Source: Nemertoderma westbladi (taxonomy: Eukaryota; Animalia; Xenacoelomorpha). Taken from it: 64,000 bases of DNA. Position numbers and translations under genes: made by a program. The stretch is taken from positions 23,004 to 87,003 of the forward strand of contig JAUCBJ010000359.1 of NCBI GenBank assembly GCA_032718475.1, given 5' to 3'. Below, one piece after another: positions 15,001 to 30,000 of the stretch (positions within the stretch are counted from its first letter, which is position 1; each line of letters starts with the position of its first letter). The notes under the pieces were generated by a model. It was not told where the DNA came from and made no database searches. It worked only from the letters and a program-made list of their open reading frames with translations.

Positions 15001-18000
15001 TAATGGCAAAATATTAGTAAAATAGAGAACGCTACCTATAATGGCAAAATATTAGTAAAATAGAGAACGCTACCTATAATGGGAAAATATTAGTAAAATA
15101 GAAAAAGCTACCTATAATGGGAAAATATTAGTAAAATAGAGAACGCTACCTATAATGGGAAAATAATAGTAAAATAGAGAACGCTACCTATAATGGGAAA
15201 ATATTAGTAAAATAGAAAAAGCTACCTATAATGGCAAAATATTAGTAAAATAGAGAATGCTACCTATAATGGCAAAATATTAGTAAAATAGAGAACGCTA
15301 CCTATAATGGGAAAATATTAGTAAAATAGAAAAAGCTACCTATAATGGGAAAATATTAGTAAAATAGAGAACGCTACCTATAATGGGAAAATAATAGTAA
15401 AATAGAGAACGCTATAGAATGGCAAAATATTAGTAAAATAGAGAACGCTACCTATAATGGCAAAATATTAGTAAAATAGAGAACGCTACCTATAATGGCA
15501 AAATATTAGTAAAATAGAGAACGCTACCTATAATGGGAAAATATTAGTAAAATAGTGAACGCTACCTATAATGGGAAAATATTAGTAAAATAGAGAACGC
15601 TACCTATAATGGCAAAATATTAGTAAAATAGAGAACGCTACCTATAATGGCAAAACAATAGTAAAATAGAGAACGCTACCTATAATGGGAAAATATTAGT
15701 AAAATAGAGAACGCTACCTATAATGGCAAAATATTAGTAAAATAGAGAACGCTACCTATAATGGCAAAATATTAGTAAAATAGAGAACGCTACCTATAAT
15801 GGCAAAATATTAGTAAAATAGAGAACGCTACCTATAATGGCAAAATAATAGTAAAATAGAGAACGCTACCTATAATGGGAAAATATTAGTAAAATAGAGA
15901 ACGCTACCTATAATGGCAAAATAATAGTAAAATAGAGAACGCTACCTATAATGGGAAAATATTAGTAAAATAGAGAACGCTACCTATAATGGGAAAATAT
16001 TAGTAAAATAGAGAACGCTACCTATAATGGCAAAATATTAGTAAAATAGAGAACGCTACCTATAATGGCAAAATATTAGTAAAATAGAGAACGCTACCTA
16101 TAATGGCAAAATATTAGTAAAATAGAGAACGCTACCTATAATGGGAAAATATTAGTAAAATAGAGAACGCTACCTATAATGGCAAAATATTAGTAAAATA
16201 GAGAACGCTACCTGTAATGGCAAAATATTAGTAAAATAGAGAACGCTACCTATAATGGCAAAATATTAGTAAAATAGAGAACGCTACCTATAATGGCAAA
16301 ATATTAGTAAAATAGAGAACGCTACCTATAATGGCAAAATATTAGTAAAATAGAGAACGCTACCTATAATGGGAAAATATTAGTAAAATAGAGAACGCTA
16401 CCTATAATGGCAAAATATTAGTAAAATAGAGAACGCTACCTATAATGGGAAAATATTAGTAAAATAGAGAACGCTACCTATAATGGGAAAATATTAGTAA
16501 AATAGAGAACGCTACCTATAATGGCAAAATATTAGTAAAATAGAGAACGCTACCTATAATGGCAAAATATTAGTAAAATAGAGAACGCTACCTATAATGG
16601 GAAAATATTAGTAAAATAGAGAACGCTACCTATAATGGCAAAATATTAGTAAAATAGAGAACGCTACCTATAATGGCAAAATATTAGTAAAATAGAGAAC
16701 GCTACCTATAATGGCAAAATATTAGTAAAATAGAGAACGCTACCTGTAATGGCAAAATAATAGTAAAATAGAGAACGCCTACCTATAATGGCAAAATATT
16801 AGTAAAATAGAGAACGCTACCTATAATGGGAAAATATTAGTAAAATAGAGAACGCTACCTATAATGGCAAAATATTAGTAAAATAGAGAACGCTACCTAT
16901 AATGGCAAAATATTAGTAAAATAGAGAACGCTACCTATAATGGGAAAATATTAGTAAAATAGAGAACGCTACCTATAATGGCAAAATATTAGTAAAATAG
17001 AGAACGCTACCTATAATGGCAAAATATTAGTAAAATAGAGAACGCTACCTATAATGGCAAAATAATAGTAAAATAGAGAACGCTACCTATAATGGCAAAA
17101 TATTAGTAAAATAGAGAACGCTACCTATAATGGCAAAATATTAGTAAAATAGAGAACGCTACCTATAATGGCAAAATATTAGTAAAATAGAGAACGCTAC
17201 CTATAATGGCAAAATATTAGTAAAATAGAGAACGCTACCTGTAATGGCAAAATAATAGTAAAATAGAGAACGCTACCTATAATGGCAAAATAATAGTAAA
17301 ATAGAGAACGCTACCTATAATGGGAAAATATTAGTAAAATAGAGAACGCTACCTATAATGGCAAAATAATAGTAAAATAGAGAACGCTATATAATGGCAA
17401 AATATTAGTAAAATAGAGAACGCTACCTATAATGGCAAAATATTAGTAAAATAGAGAACGCTACCTATAATGGCAAAATATTAGTAAAATAGAGAACGCT
17501 ACCTATAATGGCAAAATATTAGTAAAATAGAGAACGCTACCTATAATGGCAAAATATTAGTAAAATAGAGAACGCTACCTATAAGGCAAAATATTAGTAA
17601 AATAGAGAACGCTACCTATAATGGCAAAATATTAGTAAAATAGAGAACGCTACCTATAATGGCAAAATATTAGTAAAATAGAGAACGCTACCTATAATGG
17701 CAAAATATTAGTAAAATAGAGAACGCTACCTATAATGGCAAAATATTAGTAAAATAGAGAACGCTACCTATAATGGCAAAATATTAGTAAAATAGAGAAC
17801 GCTACCTGTAATGGCAAAATATTAGTAAAATAGAGAACGCTACCTATAATGGCAAAATATTAGTAAAATAGAGAACGCTACCTATAATGGCAAAATATTA
17901 GTAAAATAGAGAACGCTACCTATAATGGCAAAATATTAGTAAAATAGAGAACGCTACCTATAATGGCAAAATATTAGTAAAATAGAGAACGCTACCTATA

Positions 18001-21000
18001 ATGGCAAAATATTAGTAAAATAGAGAACGCTACCTATAATGGCAAAATATTAGTAAAATAGAGAACGCTACCTATAATGGCAAAATATTAGTAAAATAGA
18101 GAACGCTACCTATAATGGCAAAATATTAGTAAAATAGAGAACGCTACCTATAATGGCAAAATATTAGTAAAATAGAGAACGCTACCTATAATGGCAAAAT
18201 ATTAGTAAAATAGAGAACGCTACCTATAATGGCAAAATATTAGTAAAATAGAGAACGCTACCTATAATGGCAAAATATTAGTAAAATAGAGAACGCTACC
18301 TATAATGGCAAAATATTAGTAAAATAGAGAACGCTACCTATAATGGCAAAATATTAGTAAAATAGAGAACGCTACCTATAATGGCAAAATATTAGTAAAA
18401 TAGAGAACGCTACCTATAATGGCAAAATATTAGTAAAATAGAGAACGCTACCTATAATGGCAAAATATTAGTAAAATAGAGAACGCTACCTATAATGGCA
18501 AAATATTAGTAAAATAGAGAACGCTACCTATAATGGCAAAATATTAGTAAAATAGAGAACGCTACCTATAATGGCAAAATATTAGTAAAATAGAGAACGC
18601 TACCTATAATGGGAAAATATTAGTAAAATAGAGAACGCTACCTATAATGGGAAAATATTAGTAAAATAGAGAACGCTACCTATAATGGGAAAATATTAGT
18701 AAAATAGAAAAAGCTACCTATAATGGCAAAATATTAGTAAAATAGAGAATGCTACCTATAATGGCAAAATATTAGTAAAATAGAGAACGCTACCTATAAT
18801 GGGAAAATATTAGTAAAATAGAAAAAGCTACCTATAATGGGAAAATATTAGTAAAATAGAGAACGCTACCTATAATGGGAAAATAATAGTAAAATAGAGA
18901 ACGCTATAGAATGGCAAAATATTAGTAAAATAGAGAACGCTACCTATAATGGGAAAATATTAGTAAAATAGAGAACGCTACCTGTAATGGCAAAATATTA
19001 GTAAAATAGAGAACGCTACCTATAATGGCAAAATATTAGTAAAATAGAGAACGCTACCTATAATGGCAAAATATTAGTAAAATAGAGAACGCTACCTATA
19101 ATGGGAAAATATTAGTAAAATAGAGAACGCTACCTATAATGGCAAAATATTAGTAAAATAGAGAACGCTACCTATAATGGCAAAATATTAGTAAAATAGA
19201 GAACGCTACCTATAATGGCAAAATATTAGTAAAATAGAGAACGCTACCTATAATGGGAAAATATTAGTCAAATAGAGAACGCTACCTATAATGGCAAAAT
19301 ATTAGTAAAATAGAGAACGCTACCTGTAATGGCAAAATATTAGTAAAATAGAGAACGCTACCTATAATGGCAAAATAATACTAAAAAAGAGAACGCTACC
19401 TATAATGGGAAAATATTAGTAAAATAGAGAACGCTACCTATAATGGCAAAATAATAGTAAAATAGAGAACGCTACCTATAATGGGAAAATATTAGTAAAA
19501 TAGAGAACGCTACCTATAATGGCAAAATAATAGTAAAATAGAGAACGCTACCTATAATGGGAAAATATTAGTAAAATAGTGAACGCTACCTATAATGGGA
19601 AAATATTAGTAAAATAGAGAACGCTACCTATAATGGCAAAATATTAGTAAAATAGAGAACGCTACCTATAATGGCAAAATAATAGTAAAATAGAGAACGC
19701 TACCTATAATGGGAAAATATTAGTAATATAGAGAACGCTACCTATAATGGCAAAATATTAGTAAAATAGAGAACGCTACCTATAATGGCAAAATATTAGT
19801 AAAATAGAGAACGCTACCTGTAATGGCAAAATATTAGTAAAATAGAGAACGCTACCTATAATGGCAAAATATTAGTAAAATAGAGAACGCTACCTATAAT
19901 GGCAAAATAATAGTAAAATAGAGAACGCTACCTATAATGGCAAAATAATAGTAAAATAGAGAACGCTACCTATAATGGGAAAATATTAGTAAAATAGAGA
20001 ACGCTACCTATAATGGCAAAATATTAGAAAAATAGAGAACGCTACCTATAATGGCAAAATATTAGTAAAATAGAAAAAGCTACCTATAATGGGAAAATAT
20101 TAGTAAAATAGAGAACGCTACCTATAATGGGAAAATAATAGTAAAATAGAGAACGCTACCTATAATGGGAAAATATTAGTAAAATAGAAAAAGCTACCTA
20201 TAATGGCAAAATATTAGTAAAATAGAGAATGCTACCTATAATGGCAAAATATTAGTAAAATAGAGAACGCTACCTATAATGGGAAAATATTAGTAAAATA
20301 GAAAAAGCTACCTATAATGGGAAAATATTAGTAAAATAGAGAACGCTACCTATAATGGGAAAATAATAGTAAAATAGAGAACGCTAGAGAATGGCAAAAT
20401 ATTAGTAAAATAGAGAGCGCTACCTATAATGGGAAAATATTAGTAAAATAGAGAACGCTACCTGTAATGGCAAAATATTAGTAAAATAGAGAACGCTACC
20501 TATAATGGCAAAATATTAGTAAAATAGAGAACGCTACCTATAATGGCAAAATATTAGTAAAATAGAGAACGCTACCTATAATGGGAAAATATTAGTAAAA
20601 TAGTGAACGCTACCTATAATGGGAAAATATTAGTAAAATAGAGAACGCTACCTATAATGGCAAAATATTAGTAAAATAGAGAACGCTACCTATAATGGCA
20701 AAACAATAGTAAAATAGAGAACGCTACCTATAATGGGAAAATATTAGTAAAATAGAGAACGCTACCTATAATGGGAAAATATTAGTCAAATAGAGAACGC
20801 TACCTATAATGGCAAAATATTAGTAAAATAGAGAACGCTACCTGTAATGGCAAAATATTAGTAAAATAGAGAACGCTACCTATAATGGCAAAATAATACT
20901 AAAAAAGAGAACGCTACCTATAATGGGAAAATATTAGTAAAATAGAGAACGCTACCTATAATGGCAAAATAATTGTTAAATAGAGAACGCTACCTATAAT

Positions 21001-24000
21001 GGGAAAATATTAGTAAAATAGAGAACGCTACCTATAATGGCAAAATAATAGTAAAATAGAGAACGCTACCTATAATGGGAAAATATTAGTAAAATAGTGA
21101 ACACTACCTATAATGGGAAAATATTAGTAAAATAGAGAACGCTACCTATAATGGCAAAATATTAGTAAAATAGAGAACGCTACCTATAATGGCAAAATAA
21201 TAGTAAAATAGAGAACGCTACCTATAATGGGAAAATATTTGTAAAGTAGAGAACGCTACCTATAATGGCAAAATATTAGTAAAATAGAGAACGCTACCTA
21301 TAATGGCAAAATATTAGTAAAATAGAGAACGCTACCTGTAATGGCAAAATATTAGTAAAATAGAGAACGCTACCAGTAATGGCAAAATAATAGTAAAATA
21401 GAGAATGCTACCTATAATGGCAAAATAATAGTAAAATAGAGAACGCTACCTATAATGGGAAAATATTAGTAAAATAGAGAACGCTACCTATAATGGCAAA
21501 ATATTAGTAATGGGAAAATATTAGTAAAATAGAGAACGCTACCTATAATGGCAAAATAATAGTAAAATAGAGAACGCTACCTATAATGGCAAAATATTAG
21601 TAAAATAGAGAACGCTACCTGTAATGGCAAAATATTAGTAAAATAGAGAACGCTACCTGTAATGGCAAAATAATAGTAAAATAGAGAACGCTACCTATAA
21701 TGGCAAAATAATAGTAAAATAGAGAACGCTACCTATAATGGGAAAATATTAGTAAAATAGAGAACGCTACCTATAATGGCAAAATATTAGTAAAATAGAG
21801 AACGCTACCTATAATGGCAAAATATTAGTAAAATAGAGAACGCTACCTATAATGGGAAAATATTAGTAAAATAGTGAACGCTACCTATAATGGGAAAATA
21901 TTAGTAAAATAGAGAACGCTACCTATAATGGCAAAATATTAGTAAAATAGAGAACGCTACCTATAATGGCAAAATAATAGTAAAATAGAGAACGCTACCT
22001 ATAATGGGAAAATATTAGTAAAATAGAGAACGCTACCTATAATGGGAAAATATTAGTCAAATAGAGAACGCTACCTATAATGGCAAAATATTAGTAAAAT
22101 AGAGAACGCTACCTATAATGGCAAAATAATAGTAAAAATGAGAACGCTACCTATAATGGCAAAATATTAGTAAAATAGAGAACGCTACCTATAATGGCAA
22201 AATAATAGTAAAATAGAGAACGCTACCTATAATGGGAAAATATTAGTAAAATAGAGAACGCTACCTATAATGGCAAAATATTAGTAAAATAGAGAACGCT
22301 ACCTATAAGGCAACCTATAAGGCAAAATATTAGTAAAATAGAGAACGCTACCTATAATGGGAAAATATTAGTAAAATAGAGAACGCTACCTATAATGGCA
22401 AAATATTAGTAAAATAGAGAACGCTACCTATAAGGCAAAATATTACTAAAATAGAACAGAAAATATAAAATATTTGTAAAATAGAGAACGCTACCTATAA
22501 TGGGAAAATATTAGTAAAATAGAGAACGCTACATATAAGGCAAAATATTAGTAAAATAGAGAACGCTACCTATAATGGGAAAATATTAGTAAAATAGAGA
22601 ACGCTACCTATAAGGCAAAATATTAGTAAAATAAAGAACGCTACCTATAATGGGAAAATATTAGTAAAATAGAGAACACTATATAATGGCAAAATATTAG
22701 TAAAATAGAGAACGCTACCTATAATGGGAAAATATTAGTAAAATAGAGAACGCTACCTATAATGGGAAAATATTAGTAAAATAGAGAACGCTACCTGTAA
22801 TGGCAAAATATTAGTAAAATAGAGAACGCTACCTGTAATGGCAAAATAATAGTAAAATAGAGAACGCTACCTATAATGGCAAAATAATAGTAAAATAGAG
22901 AACGCTACCTATAAGGCAAAATATTAGTAAAATAAAGAACGCTACCTATAATGGGAAAATATTAGTAAAATAGAGAACACTATATAATGGCAAAATATTA
23001 GTAAAATAGAGAACGCTACCTATAATGGGAAAATATTAGTAAAATAGAGAACGCTACCTATAATGGGAAAATATTAGTAAAATAGAGAACGCTACCTGTA
23101 ATGGCAAAATATTAGTAAAATAGAGAACGCTACCTGTAATGGCAAAATAATAGTAAAATAGAGAACGCTACCTATAATGGCAAAATAATAGTAAAATAGA
23201 GAACGCTACCTATAAGGCAAAATATTAGTAAAATAGAGAACGCTACCTATAAAGGGAAAATATTAGTAAAATAGAGAACGCTACCTATAATGGGAAAATA
23301 TTAGTAAAATAGAGAACGCTACCTATAATGGGAAAATATTAGTAAAATAGAGAACGCTACCTATAAGGCAAAATATTAGTAAAATAGAGAACGCTACCTA
23401 TAATGGCAAAATATTAGTAAAATAGAGAACGCTACCTATAATGGCAAAATAATAGTAAAATAGAGAACGCTACCTATAATGGGAAAATATTAGTAAAATA
23501 GAGAACGCTACCTATAATGGGAAAATATTAGTCAAATAGAGAACGCTACCTATAATGGCAAAATATTAGTAAAATAGAGAACGCTACCTATAATGGCAAA
23601 GTAATAGTAAAAAAGAGAATGCTACCTATAATGGCAAAATATTAGTAAAATAGAGAACGCTACCTATAATGGCAAAATAATAGTAAAATAGAGAACGCTA
23701 CCTATAATGGGAAAATATTAGTAAAATAGAGAACGCTACCTATAATGGCAAAATATTAGTAAAATAGAGAACGCTACCTATAAGGCAACCTATAAGGCAA
23801 AATATTAGTAAAATAGAGAACGCTACCTATAATGGGAAAATATTAGTAAAATAGAGAATGCTACCTATAATGGCAAAATATTAGTAAAATAGAGAACGCT
23901 ACCTATAAGGCAAAATATTACTAAAATAGAACAGAAAATATAAAATATTTGTAAAATAGAGAACGCTACCTATAATGGGAAAATATTAGTAAAATAGAGA

Positions 24001-27000
24001 ACGCTACCTATAAGGCAAAATATTAGTAAAATAGAGAACGCTACCTATAATGGGAAATTATTAGTAAAATAGAGAACGCTACCTATAAGGCAAAATATTA
24101 GTAAAATAGAGAACGCTACCTATAATGGGAAAATATTAGTAAAATAGAGAACACTATATAATGGCAAAATATTAGTAAAATAGAGAACGCTACCTATAAT
24201 GGGAAAATATTAGTAAAATAGAGAACGCTACCTATAATGGGAAAATATTAGTAAAATAGATAACGCTACCTATAAGGCAAAATATTAGTAAAATAGAGAA
24301 CGCTACCTATAAAGGGAAAATATTAGTAAAATAGAGAACGCTACCTATAATGGGAAAATATTAGTAAAATAGAGAACGCTACCTATAATGGGAAAATATT
24401 AGTAAAATAGAGAACGCTACCTATAAGGCAAAATATTAGTAAAATAGAGAACGCTACCTATAAAGGGAAAATATTAGTAAAATAGAGAACGCTACCTGTA
24501 ATGGCAAAATATTAGTAAAATAGAGAACGCTACCTATAAAGGGAAAATATTAGTAAAATAGAGAACGCTACCTGTAATGGCAAAATAATAGTAAAATCGA
24601 GAACGCTACCTGTAATGGCAAAATATTAGTAAAATAGAGAACGCTACCTATAAGGCAAAATATTACTAAAATAGAGAACGCTACCTATAATGGGAAAATA
24701 TTAGTAAAATAGTGAACGCTACCTATAATGGGAAAATATTAGTAAAATAGTGAACGCTACCTATAATGGGAAAATATTAGTAAAATAGTGAACGCTACCT
24801 ATAATGGGAAAATATCAGTAAAATAGTGAACGCTACCTGTAATGGCAAAATATTAGTAAAATAGAGAACGCTACCTGTAATGGCAAAATATTAGTAAAAT
24901 AGAGAACGCTACCTATAATGGGAAAATATTAGTAAAATAGAGAACGCTACCTATAAGGCAAAATATTACTAAAATAGAGAACGCTATATAATGGGAAAAT
25001 ATTAGTAAAATAGAGAATGCTACCTATAATGGGAAAATATTAGTAAAATAGAGAACGCTACCTATAAGGCAAAATATTAGTAAAATAGAGAACGCTACCT
25101 ATAAGGCAAAATATTACTAAAATAGAACAGAAAATATAAAATATTTGTAAAATAGAGAACGCTACCTATAAGGCAAAATATTACTAAAATAGAACAGAAA
25201 ATATAAAATATTTGTAAAATAGAGAATGCTACCTATAATGGGAAAATATTAGTAAAATAGAGAACGCTACCTATAATGCAAAATATTACTAAAATAGAAC
25301 AGAAAATATAAAATATTTGTAAAATAGAGAACGCTACCTATAAGGCAAAATATTACTAAAATAGAACAGAAAATATAAAATATTTGTAAAATAGAGAACG
25401 CTACCTATAAGGCAAAATATTACTAAAATAGAACAGAAAATATAAAATATTTGTAAAATAGAGAACGCTACCTATAAGGCAAAATATTACTAAAATAGAA
25501 CAGAAAATATAAAATATTAGTAAAATAGAGAACGCTACCTATAATGGGAAAATATTAGTAAAATAGAGAACGCTACCTATAAGGCAAAATATTTGTAAAA
25601 TAGAGAACGCTACCTATAATGGGAAAATATTAGTAAAATAGAGAACACTATATAATGGCAAAATATTAGTAAAATAGAGAACGCTACCTATAATGGGAAA
25701 ATATTAGTAAAATAGAGAACACTATATAATGGCAAAATATTAGTAAAATAGAGAATGCTACCTATAATGTCAAAATATTAGTAAAATAGAGAACGCTACC
25801 TATAAGGCAAAATATTAGTAAAATAGAGAACGCTACCTATAATGGGAAAATATTAGTAAAATAGAGAACACTACCTATAATGGGAAAATATTAGTAAAAT
25901 AGAGAACGCTACCTATAAGGCAAAGTATTAGTAAAATAGAGAACGCTACCTATAATGGCAAAATATTAGTAAAATAGAGAACGCTACCTATAATGGGAAA
26001 ACATTTGTAAAATAGAGAACGCTACCTATAAGGCAAAATATTAGTAAAATAGAGAACACTATATAATGGCAAAATATTAGTAAAATAGAGAACGCTACCT
26101 ATAATGGGAAAATATTAGTAAAATAGAGAACACTATATAATGGCAAAATATTAGTAAAATAGAGAATGCTACCTATAATGGCAAAATATTAGTAAAATAG
26201 AGAACGCTACCTATAAGGCAAAATATTAGTAAAATAGAGAACGCTACCTATAAGGCAAAATATTAGTAAAATAGAGAACGCTACCTATAATGGGAAAATA
26301 TTAGTAAAATAGAGAACGCTACCTATTAGGCAAAATATTAGTAAAATAGAGAACGCTACCTATAATGGGAAAATATTAGTAAAATAGAGAACGCTACCTA
26401 TAATGGCAAAATATTAGTAAAATAGAGAACGCTATATAATGGTGAAATATTAGTAAAATAGAGAACGCTACCTATAATGGGAAAATATTACTAAAATAGA
26501 ACAGAAAATATAAAATATTTGTAAAATAGAGAACGCTACCTATAATGGGAAAATATTAGTAAAATAGAGAACGCTACCTATAAGGCAAAATATTAGTAAA
26601 ATAGAGAACGCTACCTATAATGGGAAAATATTAGTAAAATAGAGAACGCTACCTATAAGGCAAAATATTACTAAAATAGAACAGAAAATATAAAATATTT
26701 GTAAAATAGAGAACGCTATATAATGGCAAAATATTAATAAAATAGAGAATGCTACCTATAATGGCAAAATATTAGTAAAATAGAGAATGCTACCTATAAG
26801 GCAAAATATTAGTAAAATAGAGAACGCTACCTATAAGGCAAAATATTAGTAAAATAGAGAACGCTACCTATAATGGGAAAATATTAGTAAAATAGAGAAC
26901 GCTACCTATAAGGCAAAATATTAGTAAAATAGAGAACGCTACCTATAATGGGAAAATATTAGTAAAATAGTGAACGCTACCTATAAGGCAAAATATTAGT

Positions 27001-30000
27001 AAAATAGAGAACGCTACCTATAATGGGAAAATATTAGTAAAATAGAGAACGCTACCTATAAGGCAAAATATTACTAAAATAGAACAGAAAATATAAAATA
27101 TTTGTAAAATAGAGAACGCTACCTATAATGGGAAAATATTAGTAAAATAGTGAACGCTACCTATAAGGCAAAATATTTGTAAAATAGAGAACGCTACCTA
27201 TAAGGCAAAATATTACTAAAATAGAACAGAAAATATAAAATATTTGTAAAATAGAGAACGCTACCTATAATGGGAAAATATTAGTAAAATAGAGAACGCT
27301 ACCTATAAGGCAAAATATTACTAAAATAGAACAGAAAATATAAAATATTTGTAAAATAGAGAACGCTACCTATAAGGCAAAATATTACTAAAATAGAACA
27401 GAAAATATAAAATATTTGTAAAATAGAGAACGCTACCTATATGGCAAAATATTACTAAAATAGAACAGAAAATATAAAATATTTGTAAAATAGAGAACGC
27501 TACCTATAAGGCAAAATATTAGTAAAATATAGAACGCTACCTATAATGGCAAAATATTAGTAAAATAGTGAACGCTACCTATAAGGCAAAATATTTGTAA
27601 AATAGAGAACGCTACCTATAAGGCAAAATATTACTAAAATAGAACAGAAAATATAAAATATTTGTAAAATAGAGAACGCTACCTATAATGGGAAAATATT
27701 AGTAAAATAGAGAACGCTACCTATAAGGCAAAATATTACTAAAATAGAACAGAAAATATAAAATATTTGTAAAATAGAGAACGCTACCTATAAGGCAAAA
27801 TATTACTAAAATAGAACAGAAAATATAAAATATTTGTAAAATAGAGAACGCTACCTATAAGGCAAAATATTACTAAAATAGAACAGAAAATATAAAATAT
27901 TTGTAAAATAGAGAACGCTACCTATAAGGCAAAATATTACTAAAATAGAACAGAAAATATAAAATATTTGTAAAATAGAGAACGCTACCTATAAGGCAAA
28001 ATATTACTAAAATAGAACAGAAAATATAAAATATTTGTAAAATAGAGAACGCTACCTATAATGGGAAAATATTAGTAAAATAGAGAACGCTACCTATAAT
28101 GGCGAAATATTAGTAAAATTGTGAACGCTACCTATAAGGCAAAATATTAGTAAAATATAGAACGCTACCTATAATGGCAAAATATTAGTAAAATAGAGAA
28201 TGCTACCTATAAGGCAAAATATTAGTAAAATAGAGAACGCTACCTATAATGGGAAAATATTAGTAAAATAGTGAACGCTACCTATAAGGCAAAATATTAG
28301 TATAATAGAGAACGCTACCTATAATGGGAAAATATTAGTAAAATAGAGAACGCTACCTATAAGGCAAAATATTACTAAAATAGAACAGAAAATATAAAAT
28401 ATTTGTAAAATAGAGAACGCTACCTATAATGGGAAAATATTAGTAAAATAGTGAACGCTACCTATAAGGCAAAATATTTGTAAAATAGAGAACGCTACCT
28501 ATAAGGCAAAATATTACTAAAATAGAACAGAAAATATAAAATATTTGTAAAATAGAGAACGCTACCTATAATGGGAAAATATTAGTAAAATAGAGAACGC
28601 TACCTATAAGGCAAAATATTACTAAAATAGAACAGAAAATATAAAATATTTGTAAAATAGAGAACGCTACCTATAAGGCAAAATATTACTAAAATAGAAC
28701 AGAAAATATAAAATATTTGTAAAATAGAGAACGCTACCTATAAGGCAAAATATTACTAAAATAGAACAGAAAATATAAAATATTTGTAAAATAGAGAACG
28801 CTACCTATAAGGCAAAATATTAGTAAAATATAGAATGCTACCTATAATGGCAAAATATTAGTAAAATAGTGAACGCTACCTATAAGGCAAAATATTTGTA
28901 AAATAGAGAACGCTACCTATAAGGCAAAATATTACTAAAATAGAACAAAAAATATAAAATATTTGTAAAATAGAGAACGCTACCTATAATGGGAAAATAT
29001 TAGTAAAATAGAGAACGCTACCTATAAGGCAAAATAATACTAAAATAGAACAGAAAATATAAAATATTTGTAAAATAGAGAACGCTACCTATAAGGCAAA
29101 ATATTACTAAAATAGAACAGAAAATATAAAATATTTGTAAAATAGAGAACGCTACCTATAAGGCAAAATATTACTAAAATAGAACAGAAAATATAAAATA
29201 TTTGTAAAATAGAGAACGCTACCTATAAGGCAAAATATTACTAAAATAGAACAGAAAATATAAAATATTTGTAAAATAGAGAACGCTACCTATAAGGCAA
29301 AATATTACTAAAATAGAACAGAAAATATAAAATATTTGTAAAATAGAGAATGCTACCTATAATGGGAAAATATTAGTAAAATAGAGAACGCTACCTATAA
29401 TGGCAAAATATTAGTAAAATAGTGAACGCTACCTATAAGGCAAAATATTAGTAAAATATAGAACGCTACCTATAATGGCAAAATATTAGTAAAATAGTGA
29501 ATGCTACCTATAAGGCAAAATATTAGTAAAATAGAGAACGCTACCTATAATGGGAAAATATTAGTAAAATAGAGAACGCTACCTATAAGGCAAAATATTA
29601 CTAAAATAGAACAGAAAATATAAAATATTTGTAAAATAGAGAACGCTACCTATAATGGGAAAATATTACTAAAATAGAACAGAAAATATAAAATATTTGT
29701 AAAATAGAGAACGCTACCTATAATGGGAAAATATTAGTAAAATAGAGAACGCTACCTATAATGGCAAAATATTAGTAAAATAGTGAACGCTACCTATAAG
29801 GCAAAATATTAGTAAAATATAGAACGCTACCTATAATGGCAAAATATTAGTAAAATAGTGAACGCTACCTGTAAGGCAAAATATTTGTAAAATAGAGAAC
29901 GCTACCTATAAGGCAAAATATTACTAAAATAGAACAGAAAATATAAAATATTTGTAAAATAGAGAACGCTACCTATAATGGGAAAATATTAGTAAAATAG

